A stretch of 64,000 bases of DNA from an uncultured Gaiellaceae bacterium. GTDB taxonomy: Bacteria > Actinomycetota > Thermoleophilia > Gaiellales > Gaiellaceae. This document shows positions 1 to 9,995 of this stretch, piece by piece. The notes under the pieces were generated by a model. That model was not told the origin of the DNA. It made no database searches and saw nothing but the letters and a program-made list of their open reading frames with translations. The first letter of the stretch is position 1. The number at the start of each line of letters is the position of its first letter. A program made the position numbers and the translations under genes. The stretch is taken from NCBI GenBank assembly GCA_963765705.1, contig CAVXXJ010000007.1, forward strand, positions 93,610-157,609. Direction: 5' to 3'.

Positions 1-34
1 TCGCCAGCGCGATACCGAGCATGGCCTCGCTCAC

Positions 35-478
35 TCAGGCAACCCTGGAGACGAAGAAGAGCTGCAGCCCTGCGCGCGTCTGCTTCGAATATCGAAGCGG
101 GAGCACGCCGGGGTCGGCGTCGTAGGACAGCACCACGGTTGCGTCCTGCGGTCGCCGGACCTCGATCGCCGGGGCGAGGTAGAGCCGCGCAACGCTGCGC
201 ACGATCGTCGCCTTGTCCGCGTTGCCGAAGCCCTCGTTGGTCACCTGGACGTAGAAACGATCGTCCTCTCTGAGCAGTTGCCGGTAGAAGTCGAACACGT
301 CCATCCGGGTGGGTATCAGCGCTCCGAACGCTTGTGCACGCTCGGCTGCGGTCATGCCGGTGAAGCGGCTGCGCTCCGCGTCGAGAGTCCGTGACGAGTC
401 GGCAACGCCGGGGATGACCGTCGCCGCGAGGCCCGTCACGGCGGCCGCCGCCGTGGCGAATGCGATGGTCGCCTTCAC
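35..478 (-). CDS. hypothetical secreted protein
   Basis: 147-aa ORF with GC3-rich codon usage. The N-terminus MKATIAFATAAAAVTGLAATV looks like a signal peptide. No family recognised. Confidence 0.5.
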   Translation of the reverse strand: MKATIAFATAAAAVTGLAATVIPGVADSSRTLDAERSRFTGMTAAERAQAFGALIPTRMDVFDFYRQLLREDDRFYVQVTNEGFGNADKATIVRSVARLYLAPAIEVRRPQDATVVLSYDADPGVLPLRYSKQTRAGLQLFFVSRVA

Positions 479-514
479 GCCGCGGGCGAGTCTACCGGAG
501 AGCTCTGGCGCGTT

Positions 515-1543
515 TCAGCGCGAGGGACGTCTGCTCCGGGTCGCGCGGGCGTGCACCCCGAGCGCGAAGTAGCCGACCACGATGAACGGCAGGGCGTTGA
601 GTGCATGGAGGACGAGCGCGAACGAGAGCGCCTGCGTGCGGTCGACGCCATACGCGGCAAGGGCGACGACGGTCGCCGCCTCGAACGATCCCAGGCCTGC
701 CGGCGCGGACGGCACCGCGAGGACGAGGTTCGTCGCCACCAGGACGAGCAGCGCCATGCCGAAGCTTGCGTCGATCTCGGTTCCGAGCAGCAGGAGCCAG
801 GCTGACGACGCGAGCGCCAGCCAGGACGCCCCCGTGACGCCGATTGCCACGAGCGCGAGCTTCGTCACCCTGAGCGCTGCCAGTCCGGTGACGGCGCTGC
901 CGGCGATGCGCTCCACACGTTCGGCGTCGACCCCGGGGAGGAGGGCGAGCGGTCGTAGCAACACGGATGCGCCCCGAGTCCCGAACCTCCGAACGACGAG
1001 TCCCGCGACGGCGAGCGAGGCGACGAGGGCGGCGCCCAGCACGAGCACCACCGTCAGCCAGTCGACCGGTGGCAGGAAGGGTGTGGCCAGGGCAAGCAGC
1101 CCGATCAGGACGACGAGGTCGTAGGCGCGCTCCAGGACCACGGTTCCCAGCACCTCGGCCCGTGAGATCGCCGTCCTGCGGCCGAGCACCTGGATCCGCA
1201 CCACCTCGCCGGCGCGGGCCGGGAGGATCGTGTTGAAGAGATAGCCGACGAGCAATGCGTTCAGGACGGGGCGAAACGGCGGGCGCGACGCGTGCTCGAA
1301 GAGCAGTTGCCAGCGCCACGCTCGCAGGACCACGCCAAGGGCGAGAACCAGAGCGGCGGGGAGGAGGTAGACGAGCCGCAGGTCTGCGAGCGCATCGCGA
1401 AGCTCCCCCAGGTCGACGTCGCGGAAAGCGAGGTAGCCGAAGAGCAGCGAGACGACCAGGCCGACCCAGCCGACGTGCCTCCGGATCCGGCGCCGCGCGC
1501 CGGACGAGGCAGGCTCGGGCTGCTCAGTCTCGGACCCGGACAC
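515..1543 (-). CDS. integral membrane protein, lysyl-phosphatidylglycerol-synthase-TM-like (UPF0104, flippase-like)
   Basis: 342 aa with multiple TM segments. N-terminal pattern RRHVGWVGLVVSLLFGYLAFRDVDLGEL..LRAWRWQLLF is typical of the family. Overlaps the stop of the upstream GT2 by 20 nt. Confidence 0.65.
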   Translation of the reverse strand: MSGSETEQPEPASSGARRRIRRHVGWVGLVVSLLFGYLAFRDVDLGELRDALADLRLVYLLPAALVLALGVVLRAWRWQLLFEHASRPPFRPVLNALLVGYLFNTILPARAGEVVRIQVLGRRTAISRAEVLGTVVLERAYDLVVLIGLLALATPFLPPVDWLTVVLVLGAALVASLAVAGLVVRRFGTRGASVLLRPLALLPGVDAERVERIAGSAVTGLAALRVTKLALVAIGVTGASWLALASSAWLLLLGTEIDASFGMALLVLVATNLVLAVPSAPAGLGSFEAATVVALAAYGVDRTQALSFALVLHALNALPFIVVGYFALGVHARATRSRRPSR

Positions 1544-2210
1544 GCAGGAGCACCCAGATCGCCTTGAACCCGTCTCGCCAGGTGATCTTCTTCCCTTCCT
1601 CGTACGTGCGCCCGTAGTAGGAGATCGGCAGCTGGTACACCCGCAGCTTCTGCTTGCAGATCTTGGCCGTGATCTCGGGCTCGATCGAGAAGTCGTTCTG
1701 CCTCAGGTCGAGGCCCCGGAGGACGTCGGTGCGGAACGCCTTGTAGCCCGTCTCCATGTCGCTCAGCGTGGTGTTGTAGAGGATCCCCGTGAGGAGCGAG
1801 AGAAACCTGTTGCCGACGAGGTGCCAGAAGAAGTACGCCCGCTGCGGCCGGCCTCCGCTCAACCGTGAGCCGAAGACCACGTCGGCGACTCCGCGCTCGA
1901 TCGGCGCGATCAGCGCCGGAACGTCAGCCGGGTCGTATTCCATGTCGGCGTCCTGGATCACGGCGATGTCGCCGTCGATATGCGGGATTGCAGCTCGGAT
2001 CGCGGCGCCCTTGCCCGCGTTCGCCTGAGTGATCACGACCAGACCGTCGTCGTCCGCCTGCCGCGCCTGCAACAGCTCAGCGGTGCCGTCGTTCGAGCCG
2101 TCGTCGACCACGATCACCTGGCGGTCGAGGCCGAGAGCATCGACGGCGTCGAGCACGGCGAGGATGGTGCGCGCCTCGTTGTAGGCAGGAATGAGGAAGG
2201 AGACACGCAC
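1524..2210 (-). CDS. family 2 glycosyltransferase, polyprenol-phosphate sugar synthase-like (Dpm1/GtrB type)
   Basis: MRVSFLIPAYNE..VIVVDDGSNDGT..VIQDADMEYDP: canonical GT-A DxD architecture, 228 aa. Confidence 0.8.
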   Translation of the reverse strand: MRVSFLIPAYNEARTILAVLDAVDALGLDRQVIVVDDGSNDGTAELLQARQADDDGLVVITQANAGKGAAIRAAIPHIDGDIAVIQDADMEYDPADVPALIAPIERGVADVVFGSRLSGGRPQRAYFFWHLVGNRFLSLLTGILYNTTLSDMETGYKAFRTDVLRGLDLRQNDFSIEPEITAKICKQKLRVYQLPISYYGRTYEEGKKITWRDGFKAIWVLLRVRVRD

Positions 2211-2264
2211 GGCGAAGCGAGCAGGCTACCGCACCGCATTTACGGCGCCTTCATCTACCCCCCG

Positions 2265-2270
2265 TAGACT
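2265..2270 (+). promoter_or_regulatory. -10-like hexamer TAGACT placed 7 nt before the GTG start (leaderless-type arrangement)
   Basis: TANNNT hexamer read directly. Spacing to the start codon is 7 nt. Confidence 0.35.
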
Positions 2271-2277
2271 TTCACGC

Positions 2278-3492
2278 GTGAGACCGCCGAAGATCCTCGC
2301 CGTCGCGTCGGCGGTCGACCTCGACTTCCGCTACGGCTGCACGCCGGCGTGGTGGCAGCTCTGGAAAGGCATGTACGAGGTCGGCACCGACCTGATCGTC
2401 ACGCCCTACCGCGGCAAGCCGGTCGAGTCGCCCTGGTGGCGGACGGCGCCGAACCCGACCCGGGTCGAGGGCGAGAGCTACGCCGCCGTGCGCGGCGGGC
2501 TGGCGCGGCTCAAGGGCGACAAGTACCTCCGCCGCGCAGAAGAGACCCCCGAGGACTCGGCCTTCGACAAGGCTGCGCGCGAGGCGATCTGGCGCTGGGT
2601 CACGCCTCGCTGGCGGCGCCATCTCGTGAAGGTGCTCGAGCGCGAGAAGGACGTCGATGCCGTGATCGTCTTCACCGTGCCGATGGCGCACTTCCGCGGG
2701 ATCCCGACCTACCTGCGGGAGCGGTTCGGCATTCCGGTGATCTTCTACGACGGCGACGTGCCGATGAGCCTGCCGGAGTTCGGCGGCATGGACACCGGCT
2801 TCAACTACTACCACGGCGCCGATCCGTCCGAGTACGACCTCGTCGTCTCGAACTCCGAAGGTGGGCTGCCAAGCCTCCTCGAGCTGGGCGCGCGCCGCGC
2901 CGAGGCTGTCTTCTGGGGCGCCGATCCCGAGTTCTTCGCCCCGCGCCAGGTCGAGAAGCTGCACGACGTCTTCTTCTACGGCTACGGCGACAAGTTCCGG
3001 CGCGACTGGATGGCGGCGATGGTCGGCGAGCCGAGCAGGGGAGCCCCTGACATCGAGTTCGCGCTCGGCGGCCGCGACTTCCAGGGAGACACCGGCCGTG
3101 CGTGGCTCGTCGGGGACGTCCCCTTCAACGTCTTCGCGCACGCGATCTCGGCGTCGCGGATCAACCTGAACATCACCCGCCGGTCGCACGCGAGCGTCCC
3201 GGCCTCGTCGTCGTGCAGGCCGTTCGAGCTCGCCGCGGCCGGCGCCGCGATCGTCTCGAACCCCTACGAGGGCATCGAGCGCTGGTTCGAGCCGGGGCAG
3301 GAGCTGCTCGTCGTCAACGACGCGGACGAGGCGCTCGCGGCCTACCGGGAGCTCCTGGCCGACCCGGCGCAGGCCGAGGCGATGGGCGCGCGAGCCCGCG
3401 AGCGCGTGCTCGACGAGCACACGTACGCGCACCGCGCACGGCAGCTGCTCTCGCTGGTCGGACTGGACGCCCCGGCGGTTGCACGTGCCTGA
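2278..3492 (+). CDS. CgeB/DUF3880-like glycosyltransferase family protein
   Basis: The C-terminal block FNVFAHAISASRINLNITR..RPFELAAAGAAIVSNPYEGIERWFEPGQELLVV resembles the CgeB-type GT1 fold. GTG start at 2278 chosen because the ATG at 2191 would overlap the divergent GT2. A TAGACT -10-like hexamer lies 7 nt upstream. Confidence 0.65.
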   Translation: MRPPKILAVASAVDLDFRYGCTPAWWQLWKGMYEVGTDLIVTPYRGKPVESPWWRTAPNPTRVEGESYAAVRGGLARLKGDKYLRRAEETPEDSAFDKAAREAIWRWVTPRWRRHLVKVLEREKDVDAVIVFTVPMAHFRGIPTYLRERFGIPVIFYDGDVPMSLPEFGGMDTGFNYYHGADPSEYDLVVSNSEGGLPSLLELGARRAEAVFWGADPEFFAPRQVEKLHDVFFYGYGDKFRRDWMAAMVGEPSRGAPDIEFALGGRDFQGDTGRAWLVGDVPFNVFAHAISASRINLNITRRSHASVPASSSCRPFELAAAGAAIVSNPYEGIERWFEPGQELLVVNDADEALAAYRELLADPAQAEAMGARARERVLDEHTYAHRARQLLSLVGLDAPAVARA

Positions 3493-4211
3493 GAGCCGCC
3501 GCGTCGCGATCGTCCCGGCCCGGAACGAGGAAGCGGCGGTCGCACGCGTCGTCGAGGAGCTCCGCGCCTTCGACCCCGACCTCGACGTGCTCGTGATCGA
3601 CGACGGATCCGACTGACGCGACGGCCGAGACCGCGGCAGCCGCCGGCGCCGTGGTCGTCCGGCTCCCGTACAACCTGGGTATCGGCGGCGCCGTCCAGAC
3701 GGGGTTCAAGTACGCGCTCGAGCACGGCTACGACACGGTGATCCGGTTGGACGGGGACGGCCAGCACGACCCGCAGGAGATCCCACAGCTGCTCGGACCG
3801 CTCGCTCGCGGCGAGGCCGACGTCGTCGTCGGCTCGCGGTTTGCCGACGGGCTCGGCGACTACCGGCCGCCCTTCGCGCGCCGGGCTGGGATCCGCTGGT
3901 TCGCGCACCTCGTCTCGCTGCTGACGCGCCAGAAGCTGACCGACACGACCTCCGGCTTCCAGGCCGTCAACGCCAAGGCGATCCGGCTCTTCGCCGCCGA
4001 CTACCCGCACGACTACCCGGAGGTGGAGGCGGCCGTGATGGTCGTCCGTCACAAGCTGCGCATCGTGGAGGTGCCGGCCAGGATGCGAGGCCGCGAGACG
4101 GGTGCGTCCTCGATCACCGCGGTTCGCTCGTTGTACTACGCGATCAAGGTGACGCTCGCGCTCTTCGTCGGCATCTTCCGGCGCAACGTCGTTCCGCTCG
4201 AGGAGGGATGA
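3485..4211 (+). pseudogene. family 2 glycosyltransferase (GtrB-like), interrupted by a +1 frameshift near 3611
   Basis: The N-terminal 43 codons (GTG 3485; PESRRVAIVPARNEEAAVARVVEELRAFDPDLDVLVIDDGSD) end at TGA 3614-3616. The next frame continues TDATAETAAAAGAVVVRLPYNLGIGGAVQTG..DGDGQHDP. Removing one base restores the DDGS-TDAT junction. Length 727 nt = 3n+1. Confidence 0.8.
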
Positions 4212-4215
4212 GCCC

Positions 4216-4584
4216 ATGACCCCGCTGTACGTCTCGATCGTCGCCTCAGCCGCTTCGATCCTGCTGATCCTCGTCGTCCTCGAGTTGATCCGCAGCGGAC
4301 GGTTGCGCGAACGCTATGCCCTGCTCTGGCTGGCGACCGGCACCGTCCTGCTCGTCCTGTCGGCGTGGCGTGGCGGCCTGAACACGATTGCAGGCTGGCT
4401 GGGGGTCACGAGCTATCCGCCGGCCGTGCTCTTCGCGGTCGCGACGCTCTTCATCCTCGCCGTGCTGCTGCACTACTCGACGGTGATCTCGAAGCTGGCC
4501 GACCAGAACGTGATCCTCGCGCAGCGACTTGCGCTGCTCGAGCAGCACGTCAACGACGACCACCCGGCGAAGGGCGCGTCATGA
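4216..4584 (+). CDS. small membrane protein, DUF2304-like (usual partner of GtrB-type GT2)
   Basis: 122 aa, 3-4 TM helices, lies directly after the GT2. C-terminal LADQNVILAQRLALLEQ amphipathic tail. Confidence 0.6.
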   Translation: MTPLYVSIVASAASILLILVVLELIRSGRLRERYALLWLATGTVLLVLSAWRGGLNTIAGWLGVTSYPPAVLFAVATLFILAVLLHYSTVISKLADQNVILAQRLALLEQHVNDDHPAKGAS

Positions 4585-6186
4585 TCCGCGTCGAGTGGGC
4601 GGGCTGACGACGAAGACGTCGCCCCCGGTCGGGTCGTCGAGCCAGTTGGCTCCGACTCCGATGCGGTAGAGCGCACCCTCCGGAGCAGAGTCGTCTGTGA
4701 AGCGGTTCGCGCGCGTCGTGCCGAGCACGAGCATTTTCACGCTGCACTCCGCTGCGCCTCCGTGCCCCGCGCAGTCGAGCGGCTCCGGCGCGGCGCCGGT
4801 TCGGAAGACGCGGTAGAAGACGGAGGTCCGACCAGTGTCCCGGGCTTTCCAGGTCAGGGTGGTCGAAGTGCCCTCGACGGCGACGGTCGGTACCAGCGCC
4901 CGGTCGACGGGCGTCAGGATCCCGTCGACGAGCACCGCGCGCTCGTCTGGTTCGATCGGCTGGGCGAACGCCACCAGGCCGATCGGCACGGCCGCGAGCA
5001 ACGCCGCTCCGGCGACCAGGGCTTTCGCGCTGACCGATCCGGTGTACGCCTCCGCGCGAAAGCGGCGGAGCGCGGTCGGCACGAGCGTGGGAATGAACGC
5101 GAGCATGAGCAGGTACGCCGGAAACGCAGGCATCAGAAAGCGGAAGAAGCTACCGCTGTCGATGCTCGAGTCCGCGGCTGCGCCCTTGACGATTGCGATC
5201 GCGAAGAACCAGCCGGCGAGCAGACCTGCCGCCGGCAGCGACCGTCGCGCGATCGCCAGGGTGCCGGCGAAGGGCACCCATTGCAGCAGCCGGGCGCTCC
5301 AGAACCACTCGCGCAGCCCGGCCATGTTCGCCTTGAATCGGTCCAGGTCGACGGTCTCGAGGTAGTGCTCGACGCTGAACGCGGCCAGCTGAGGGCCGGC
5401 GGCGAGACGGACCTCGTCGAGGGCGAACAAGGGAATCGAGCCCAATCCCCGCGACTTCCACAGCGCCAGAGCGATCAGCTCCGGAACGACCCCCGCCGTG
5501 AACAGGAGCGCCGCTCTCGGATGGCGCGCCAGGAGGAACGCCAGGCCGGGCCCGGCAACGAAGAGGACGTTCGCTGGCTTGAGGCCGATCGCGAAGCCCG
5601 TGAGGACGCCGGCGAGGATCGCATCGACCGGCGCACGGGTCGAGAGCGCGCGGAGCACGAACACAGCCGCTCCGAGCAAGCACACCATCGAGGGATAGTC
5701 CGCCAGGCCTGTCAGACCGAGTGCCTGGGGCAGAACCTGGTCGACGAACCGCTCGTGGTAGTCGTCCCGAAACAGCGTGATCGTGAGGTACGGAAGGACG
5801 ATCCAGAGCGCTGCGGCCCACAAGCCCGCGACCCACCCGGCGAGGTGCCGTGCGATCGAGTAGACGCAGGCGATCGCAGCGGGCGCCAGCACGAGCATGT
5901 TGAACGCGATGATCGGCGGCATCGCGGACACGAAGTCGCGTCCGGTCACGAGCGTGATCGGTGTCAGGACTGACGGCCAGCCGTAGCCGACACGAGTCGG
6001 CGGCAGCTCTCCGTGCCCGAGGAGCCAGCCCGAGGTCGTGTACCAGATCTGGTCGCCGCCCTGGTACCAGACCCACCCGTTGTGCTGGACGGAGAGGGCG
6101 AACGCCGCCACACACGACCACTGAAGAAGAACGAGCGCCGGCAGGACGACGCGCGGGCGTGACAGCCAGTCGCTAAGCAGCGGCAT
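4579..6186 (-). CDS. GT-C-like (ArnT/PMT-type) polytopic membrane glycosyltransferase with a C-terminal beta-rich extracytoplasmic domain
   Basis: 535 aa, about 11 TM helices followed by a roughly 130-aa soluble tail ([23 protein letters not shown]..). Assignment is from architecture only. Confidence 0.55.
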   Translation of the reverse strand: MPLLSDWLSRPRVVLPALVLLQWSCVAAFALSVQHNGWVWYQGGDQIWYTTSGWLLGHGELPPTRVGYGWPSVLTPITLVTGRDFVSAMPPIIAFNMLVLAPAAIACVYSIARHLAGWVAGLWAAALWIVLPYLTITLFRDDYHERFVDQVLPQALGLTGLADYPSMVCLLGAAVFVLRALSTRAPVDAILAGVLTGFAIGLKPANVLFVAGPGLAFLLARHPRAALLFTAGVVPELIALALWKSRGLGSIPLFALDEVRLAAGPQLAAFSVEHYLETVDLDRFKANMAGLREWFWSARLLQWVPFAGTLAIARRSLPAAGLLAGWFFAIAIVKGAAADSSIDSGSFFRFLMPAFPAYLLMLAFIPTLVPTALRRFRAEAYTGSVSAKALVAGAALLAAVPIGLVAFAQPIEPDERAVLVDGILTPVDRALVPTVAVEGTSTTLTWKARDTGRTSVFYRVFRTGAAPEPLDCAGHGGAAECSVKMLVLGTTRANRFTDDSAPEGALYRIGVGANWLDDPTGGDVFVVSPPTRRGS

Positions 6187-7091
6187 GGACGTTTGCGCGA
6201 TACCAGGCCACGGTGCGCTCGATTCCCTCGCGCAGCGGCGTGCGCGCGCGGAAGCCGAACAGCTCCTCCGCGCGGGAGGCGTCGAGCTGCCGGCGCGGCT
6301 GGCCGTTCGGCATCGACGTGTCCCAGACGATCTCCCCCTCGAACCCGGTCACGTCGGCGATCGTCTCCGCGAGCTCGCGGATCGAGGTCTCGACGCCGGT
6401 GCCGAGGTTGACCGGGTCGGCGCCGTCGTACCGCTCCGCGGCGAGCGCGAGCCCTTCGACGCAGTCGTCGACGAAGAGAAACTCCCGCGTCGGCGTGCCG
6501 TCGCCCCAGAGGACGACCTCGCCCTGCGACTCGATCATCTTCCGGATCAGATCGGGAATCACGTGGGCATTCGTCGGATGGAAGTGGTCGCGCGGGCCGT
6601 AGAGGTTCGCCGGCAGGAGGTAGATCGCGTTGACGCCGTACTGGGCCCGGTACGCCTGGCCGCCGACGAGCAGCGCCTTCTTCGCGACGCCGTAGGGAGC
6701 GTTCGTCTCCTCCGGGTAGCCCTCCCAGAGATCGTCTTCGCGAAACGGGATCGGGCTGAGCTTCGGGTAGGCGCAGACCGTCCCGGCGACGACGAGCTTG
6801 CCGACCTCGTGCAGGCGGCTCTGTTCGAGCACGTGCGCGCCCATGACGAGGTTCGCGTACCAGTACCGGCCGGGGTTCGCGCGGTTCGCGCCGATGCCGC
6901 CGACCTCCGCCGCGAGGTGGAAGACCAGCTCGGGGCGCGCGTCCTCGAAGAGCCGTCCCGCGGCCTCCATCGACGTCAGGTCGTAGTCTCTGGCGCCTGG
7001 CCGCAAAGACGTCGTGACCGTCGGCTTCGAGCCGTTCGACGAGGTGGGAGCCGAGGAAGCCGCCGCCGCCCGTAACGAGTACCCGTGCCAC
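6173..7091 (-). pseudogene. fcl: GDP-L-fucose synthase (GDP-4-keto-6-deoxymannose epimerase/reductase), +1 frameshift near 6995-7010
   Basis: N-terminus [29 protein letters not shown] is in one frame. The rest ([63 protein letters not shown]) is in the adjacent frame. Length 919 nt = 3n+1. Confidence 0.8.
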
Positions 7092-7108
7092 CCGGCTAGC
7101 GTAGTGCG

Positions 7109-7975
7109 TCAGTCAAGCAGCCCGGTGCTGTAGGCGTCGTAGGTCGTCGCGAGGGCGTCGCGAAAGCGTCGCGGCGACGGGCCGAGGGCGGCGTTCACGC
7201 GTCGCGCGAGCGGAACGGGCAGCGGGCCGACTCGCTTGGGCAGCAGCGCGTAGCTCGCCGGCTCGACCCTGGTCGACCCGGCCTTCGCGGCGAGGCCGCT
7301 TTCCCGAAGCAGCGCGTCCACTTCCTCCCGCGTCCAGAACTTCATGAAGTTCGGAGCACGGAAGCGGTGCGGCTTGAGGCGGGAGTGGAGGCTCGCAGGG
7401 TTGCGCGCGTTCGGGAACGAGACGTCGAAGACGAAGTGGCCGCCCGGCTTGAGCGTCCGCGCGATCTCTGCGACCGCCCGCGCCACGAAGCCCTTGCCCA
7501 TGTGCAGGAAGACCGCGCTCGAGAGCGCGATGTCGACCGAGTCGTCCTCGAGCGGCAGGGAATCCGCGGATACGCAGATCGGGTACAGGCTCGCCTGCGG
7601 GTTGCGGCCGAACCGCTCGTCGTACCCAACGAGCTCGCGGAGCATGTTCTCGGCGATGTCGACCGCGTAGTAGCTCGACCAGGTCGTGCCGCGCGCGTTG
7701 GCGAGGTAGAGCGGGATGCGGCCGTAGCCCGCGCCGATCTCGAGCACGGACTCGAAGTGCTGCCCTTCCGGGAGGCGGTTCCAGAGGGGCGACGTCTTTG
7801 CTGTGAGCGCGGTCAGGTCGACCGGGCCGGACGACCCGCCGGCGATCGCGGAGCGAACGTGGTCCTCGGCCGCCTCGTCCTCCCAGCGACGGCGGTAATC
7901 GGAGGCTCCGTCGTCTCCCTGCCGGTGCAGGATGCCGTCGTGGTCGACGAGCTCGTCGCGTCGGAGGGTCGTCAC
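7109..7975 (-). CDS. class I SAM-dependent methyltransferase
   Basis: Motif I VLEIGAGYGRIP and post-I/II blocks (LEDDSVDIALSSAVFLHM, LKPGGHFVF). The GTG start overlaps the stop of the upstream gene (GTGA). Confidence 0.75.
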   Translation of the reverse strand: MTTLRRDELVDHDGILHRQGDDGASDYRRRWEDEAAEDHVRSAIAGGSSGPVDLTALTAKTSPLWNRLPEGQHFESVLEIGAGYGRIPLYLANARGTTWSSYYAVDIAENMLRELVGYDERFGRNPQASLYPICVSADSLPLEDDSVDIALSSAVFLHMGKGFVARAVAEIARTLKPGGHFVFDVSFPNARNPASLHSRLKPHRFRAPNFMKFWTREEVDALLRESGLAAKAGSTRVEPASYALLPKRVGPLPVPLARRVNAALGPSPRRFRDALATTYDAYSTGLLD

Positions 7976-9114
7976 ACCGCGCGGGCGCGCTCGTCGGCGG
8001 TGAGCCAATCGACACGGCCGATCCAGCGCTCGCGGTTCTCCGCGTACCAGGCGATCGTCTGCAGGACGCCTTCCTCCCAGGACACGAGCGGCTTCCAGCC
8101 CGTCTCGCCGTGCAGCTTCTCGTAGCCGACGCGCAGCGCCATCACGTCGGTGGCGCCGGGCCGGAGCCGGGCGGGCGTCGTCACGATCTCGCGGTCGTCG
8201 GCCCAGAAACCGTGCTCACGGCCGACGCGGAGGATCAGGTCGGACCAGTCGGCCATCGAGATGTTCTCGCCCTGCCCGTAGACGTAGACGTCGCCCGCAA
8301 CTCCGTGCGCCGCGACGGTGAGGTGGCCGCGAACGCCGTCGGTGCAGAAGCAGAAGTCGCGCAGGGGCTCGAGCGCCCCGAGCTCGACCTGCGGGCGCGT
8401 CAGGGCCTGGGTGATGATCGTGCCGGTGACGTAGCGCGGGTTCTGCCGCGGGCCGTAGTTGTTGAACATGCGCGTGACGACGCCCGGAACGCCGAAGGCG
8501 TCGTGGTAGTTCATCGTCAGGAAGTCCGCTGCCACCTTTGCGGTCGCGTAGATCGACTTCGGGTTGATCGGCGAGCGCTCGTGCAGGATCAGGCTGCCCG
8601 CGTCGTCGAAGTCGTGGTGGTGAGCGACGGACTCGTTCACGTTGCCGTACTCCTCCGACGTGCCGGCGGTGTCGAACTTCTCCAGCTCGAGCCCCCAGTC
8701 GACAATCGACTGGAGCAGGTTGAGCGTCCCGATCGTGTTCGCCATCACCGTCTCGTAGGGCCGGTGCCACGACTCTCCGACGTGCGCCTGCGCGCCGAGG
8801 TGGAAGACGTAGGGCTTGTCGGAGACCGTGTCGCGCAGCTCCTTGACGAGGTAGTCGATCGACGTCTTGTCGGTGAGGTCGGCGAAGTGCACCTTGAGGC
8901 GGCCGCGGAGGTGGCCGATGTTGTTCACCGCGCCGCTCGAGGTCGCGCGGACGAAGGCGTGCACGTTCGCGCCGAGCTCGACGAGGGCGTCCGTGAGGTG
9001 CGAGCCCATGAAGCCGTCCGCGCCCGTCACGAGCACGGTCCGGCCGCCGTAGACGTCGCCGAAGTCGCGGGCGAGCGCGTCGAGGTCCGACGTCGTCCAG
9101 ATCGAGTCGCTCAT
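7972..9114 (-). CDS. extended SDR NAD-dependent NDP-sugar dehydratase/epimerase
   Basis: VLVTGADGFMGSHL Rossmann motif, GTSEEYG, and the YATAK catalytic Y-x3-K. ATG at 9114 (MSDSIWTT). Confidence 0.8.
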   Translation of the reverse strand: MSDSIWTTSDLDALARDFGDVYGGRTVLVTGADGFMGSHLTDALVELGANVHAFVRATSSGAVNNIGHLRGRLKVHFADLTDKTSIDYLVKELRDTVSDKPYVFHLGAQAHVGESWHRPYETVMANTIGTLNLLQSIVDWGLELEKFDTAGTSEEYGNVNESVAHHHDFDDAGSLILHERSPINPKSIYATAKVAADFLTMNYHDAFGVPGVVTRMFNNYGPRQNPRYVTGTIITQALTRPQVELGALEPLRDFCFCTDGVRGHLTVAAHGVAGDVYVYGQGENISMADWSDLILRVGREHGFWADDREIVTTPARLRPGATDVMALRVGYEKLHGETGWKPLVSWEEGVLQTIAWYAENRERWIGRVDWLTADERARAV

Positions 9115-9152
9115 TCGGCGCCAAGGGTATCGGGTAGGGTCGCCCGCGGAGC

Positions 9153-9995
9153 ATGCGACCCAAGCTCGCCACACTGTCCTTGCTCGAGCGGATCGCAGGT
9201 CTGGCACGCCGGCTAGGGCTCGGTCTTCTCGTCGACAGGCTGGCGCCGCTGGTGGCGCGTCCGTTCGAGCGCTTCGAGCTCGAAGTCGACGGCGTCCGGC
9301 TCGCCGGGACCGAGCTCGCGCACCTGCACTACGTCCGTGAGCTGATGGAGGACGGCCGGGAGCATACGTTCGTGCGGTTACTGGCGGAGGCGATCCCGGC
9401 GGGCGGCACCGTGCTCGAGGGCGGGGCTCACCTCGGCTTCGTCACCGTGCACGCGGCGCGGGCCGCCGGCCCGGGGGGACGAGTGATCACCTTCGAGGCG
9501 AATCCGACCGTGCTCGATGTGCTCCGCCAGAACCTGGCCGCAAACGGCGTTGCGGATCGTGTCGAGGTCGTGCCGAAAGCGCTCGGCGAAGGTGCCGGCC
9601 GGACGCGCTTCTACGTCAGCGGCGGCGGCGAGATGAGCAGCCTCTTCACGCCGGCGGTGGCGTCCGTGCCGGTCGAGGTGGAGATCGTGCGGGCCGACGA
9701 GGTCGTCTCCGCGCCCGTGGACGTGGTCAAGCTCGACATCGAGGGCGGCGAGCTTGGGGCGCTGCGCGGGATGCAGAGCCTGCTCGACGCACCCCGGCCG
9801 CCGCACGCGCTCTTCCTCGAGTGCAATCCCGAGCTGCTGGCGCGCGCGGGCACGAGCGCCGAGGATCTCCTCGCGTGGCTTGCCGCCCACGGCTACGAGG
9901 TCGAGTGGATCGACGAGCCGCGTGGCCGAACCGCTCCGCTGACCGAGCCGTGGACCGAGGCCTACGTCAATCTCCGCTGCATGCGCGTGGCGTGA
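9153..9995 (+). CDS. FkbM-family methyltransferase
   Basis: VLEGGAHLGFVTV..FEANP..RFYVSGGGEMSSLF..VVKLDIEGGELGALRG pattern. Confidence 0.8.
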   Translation: MRPKLATLSLLERIAGLARRLGLGLLVDRLAPLVARPFERFELEVDGVRLAGTELAHLHYVRELMEDGREHTFVRLLAEAIPAGGTVLEGGAHLGFVTVHAARAAGPGGRVITFEANPTVLDVLRQNLAANGVADRVEVVPKALGEGAGRTRFYVSGGGEMSSLFTPAVASVPVEVEIVRADEVVSAPVDVVKLDIEGGELGALRGMQSLLDAPRPPHALFLECNPELLARAGTSAEDLLAWLAAHGYEVEWIDEPRGRTAPLTEPWTEAYVNLRCMRVA

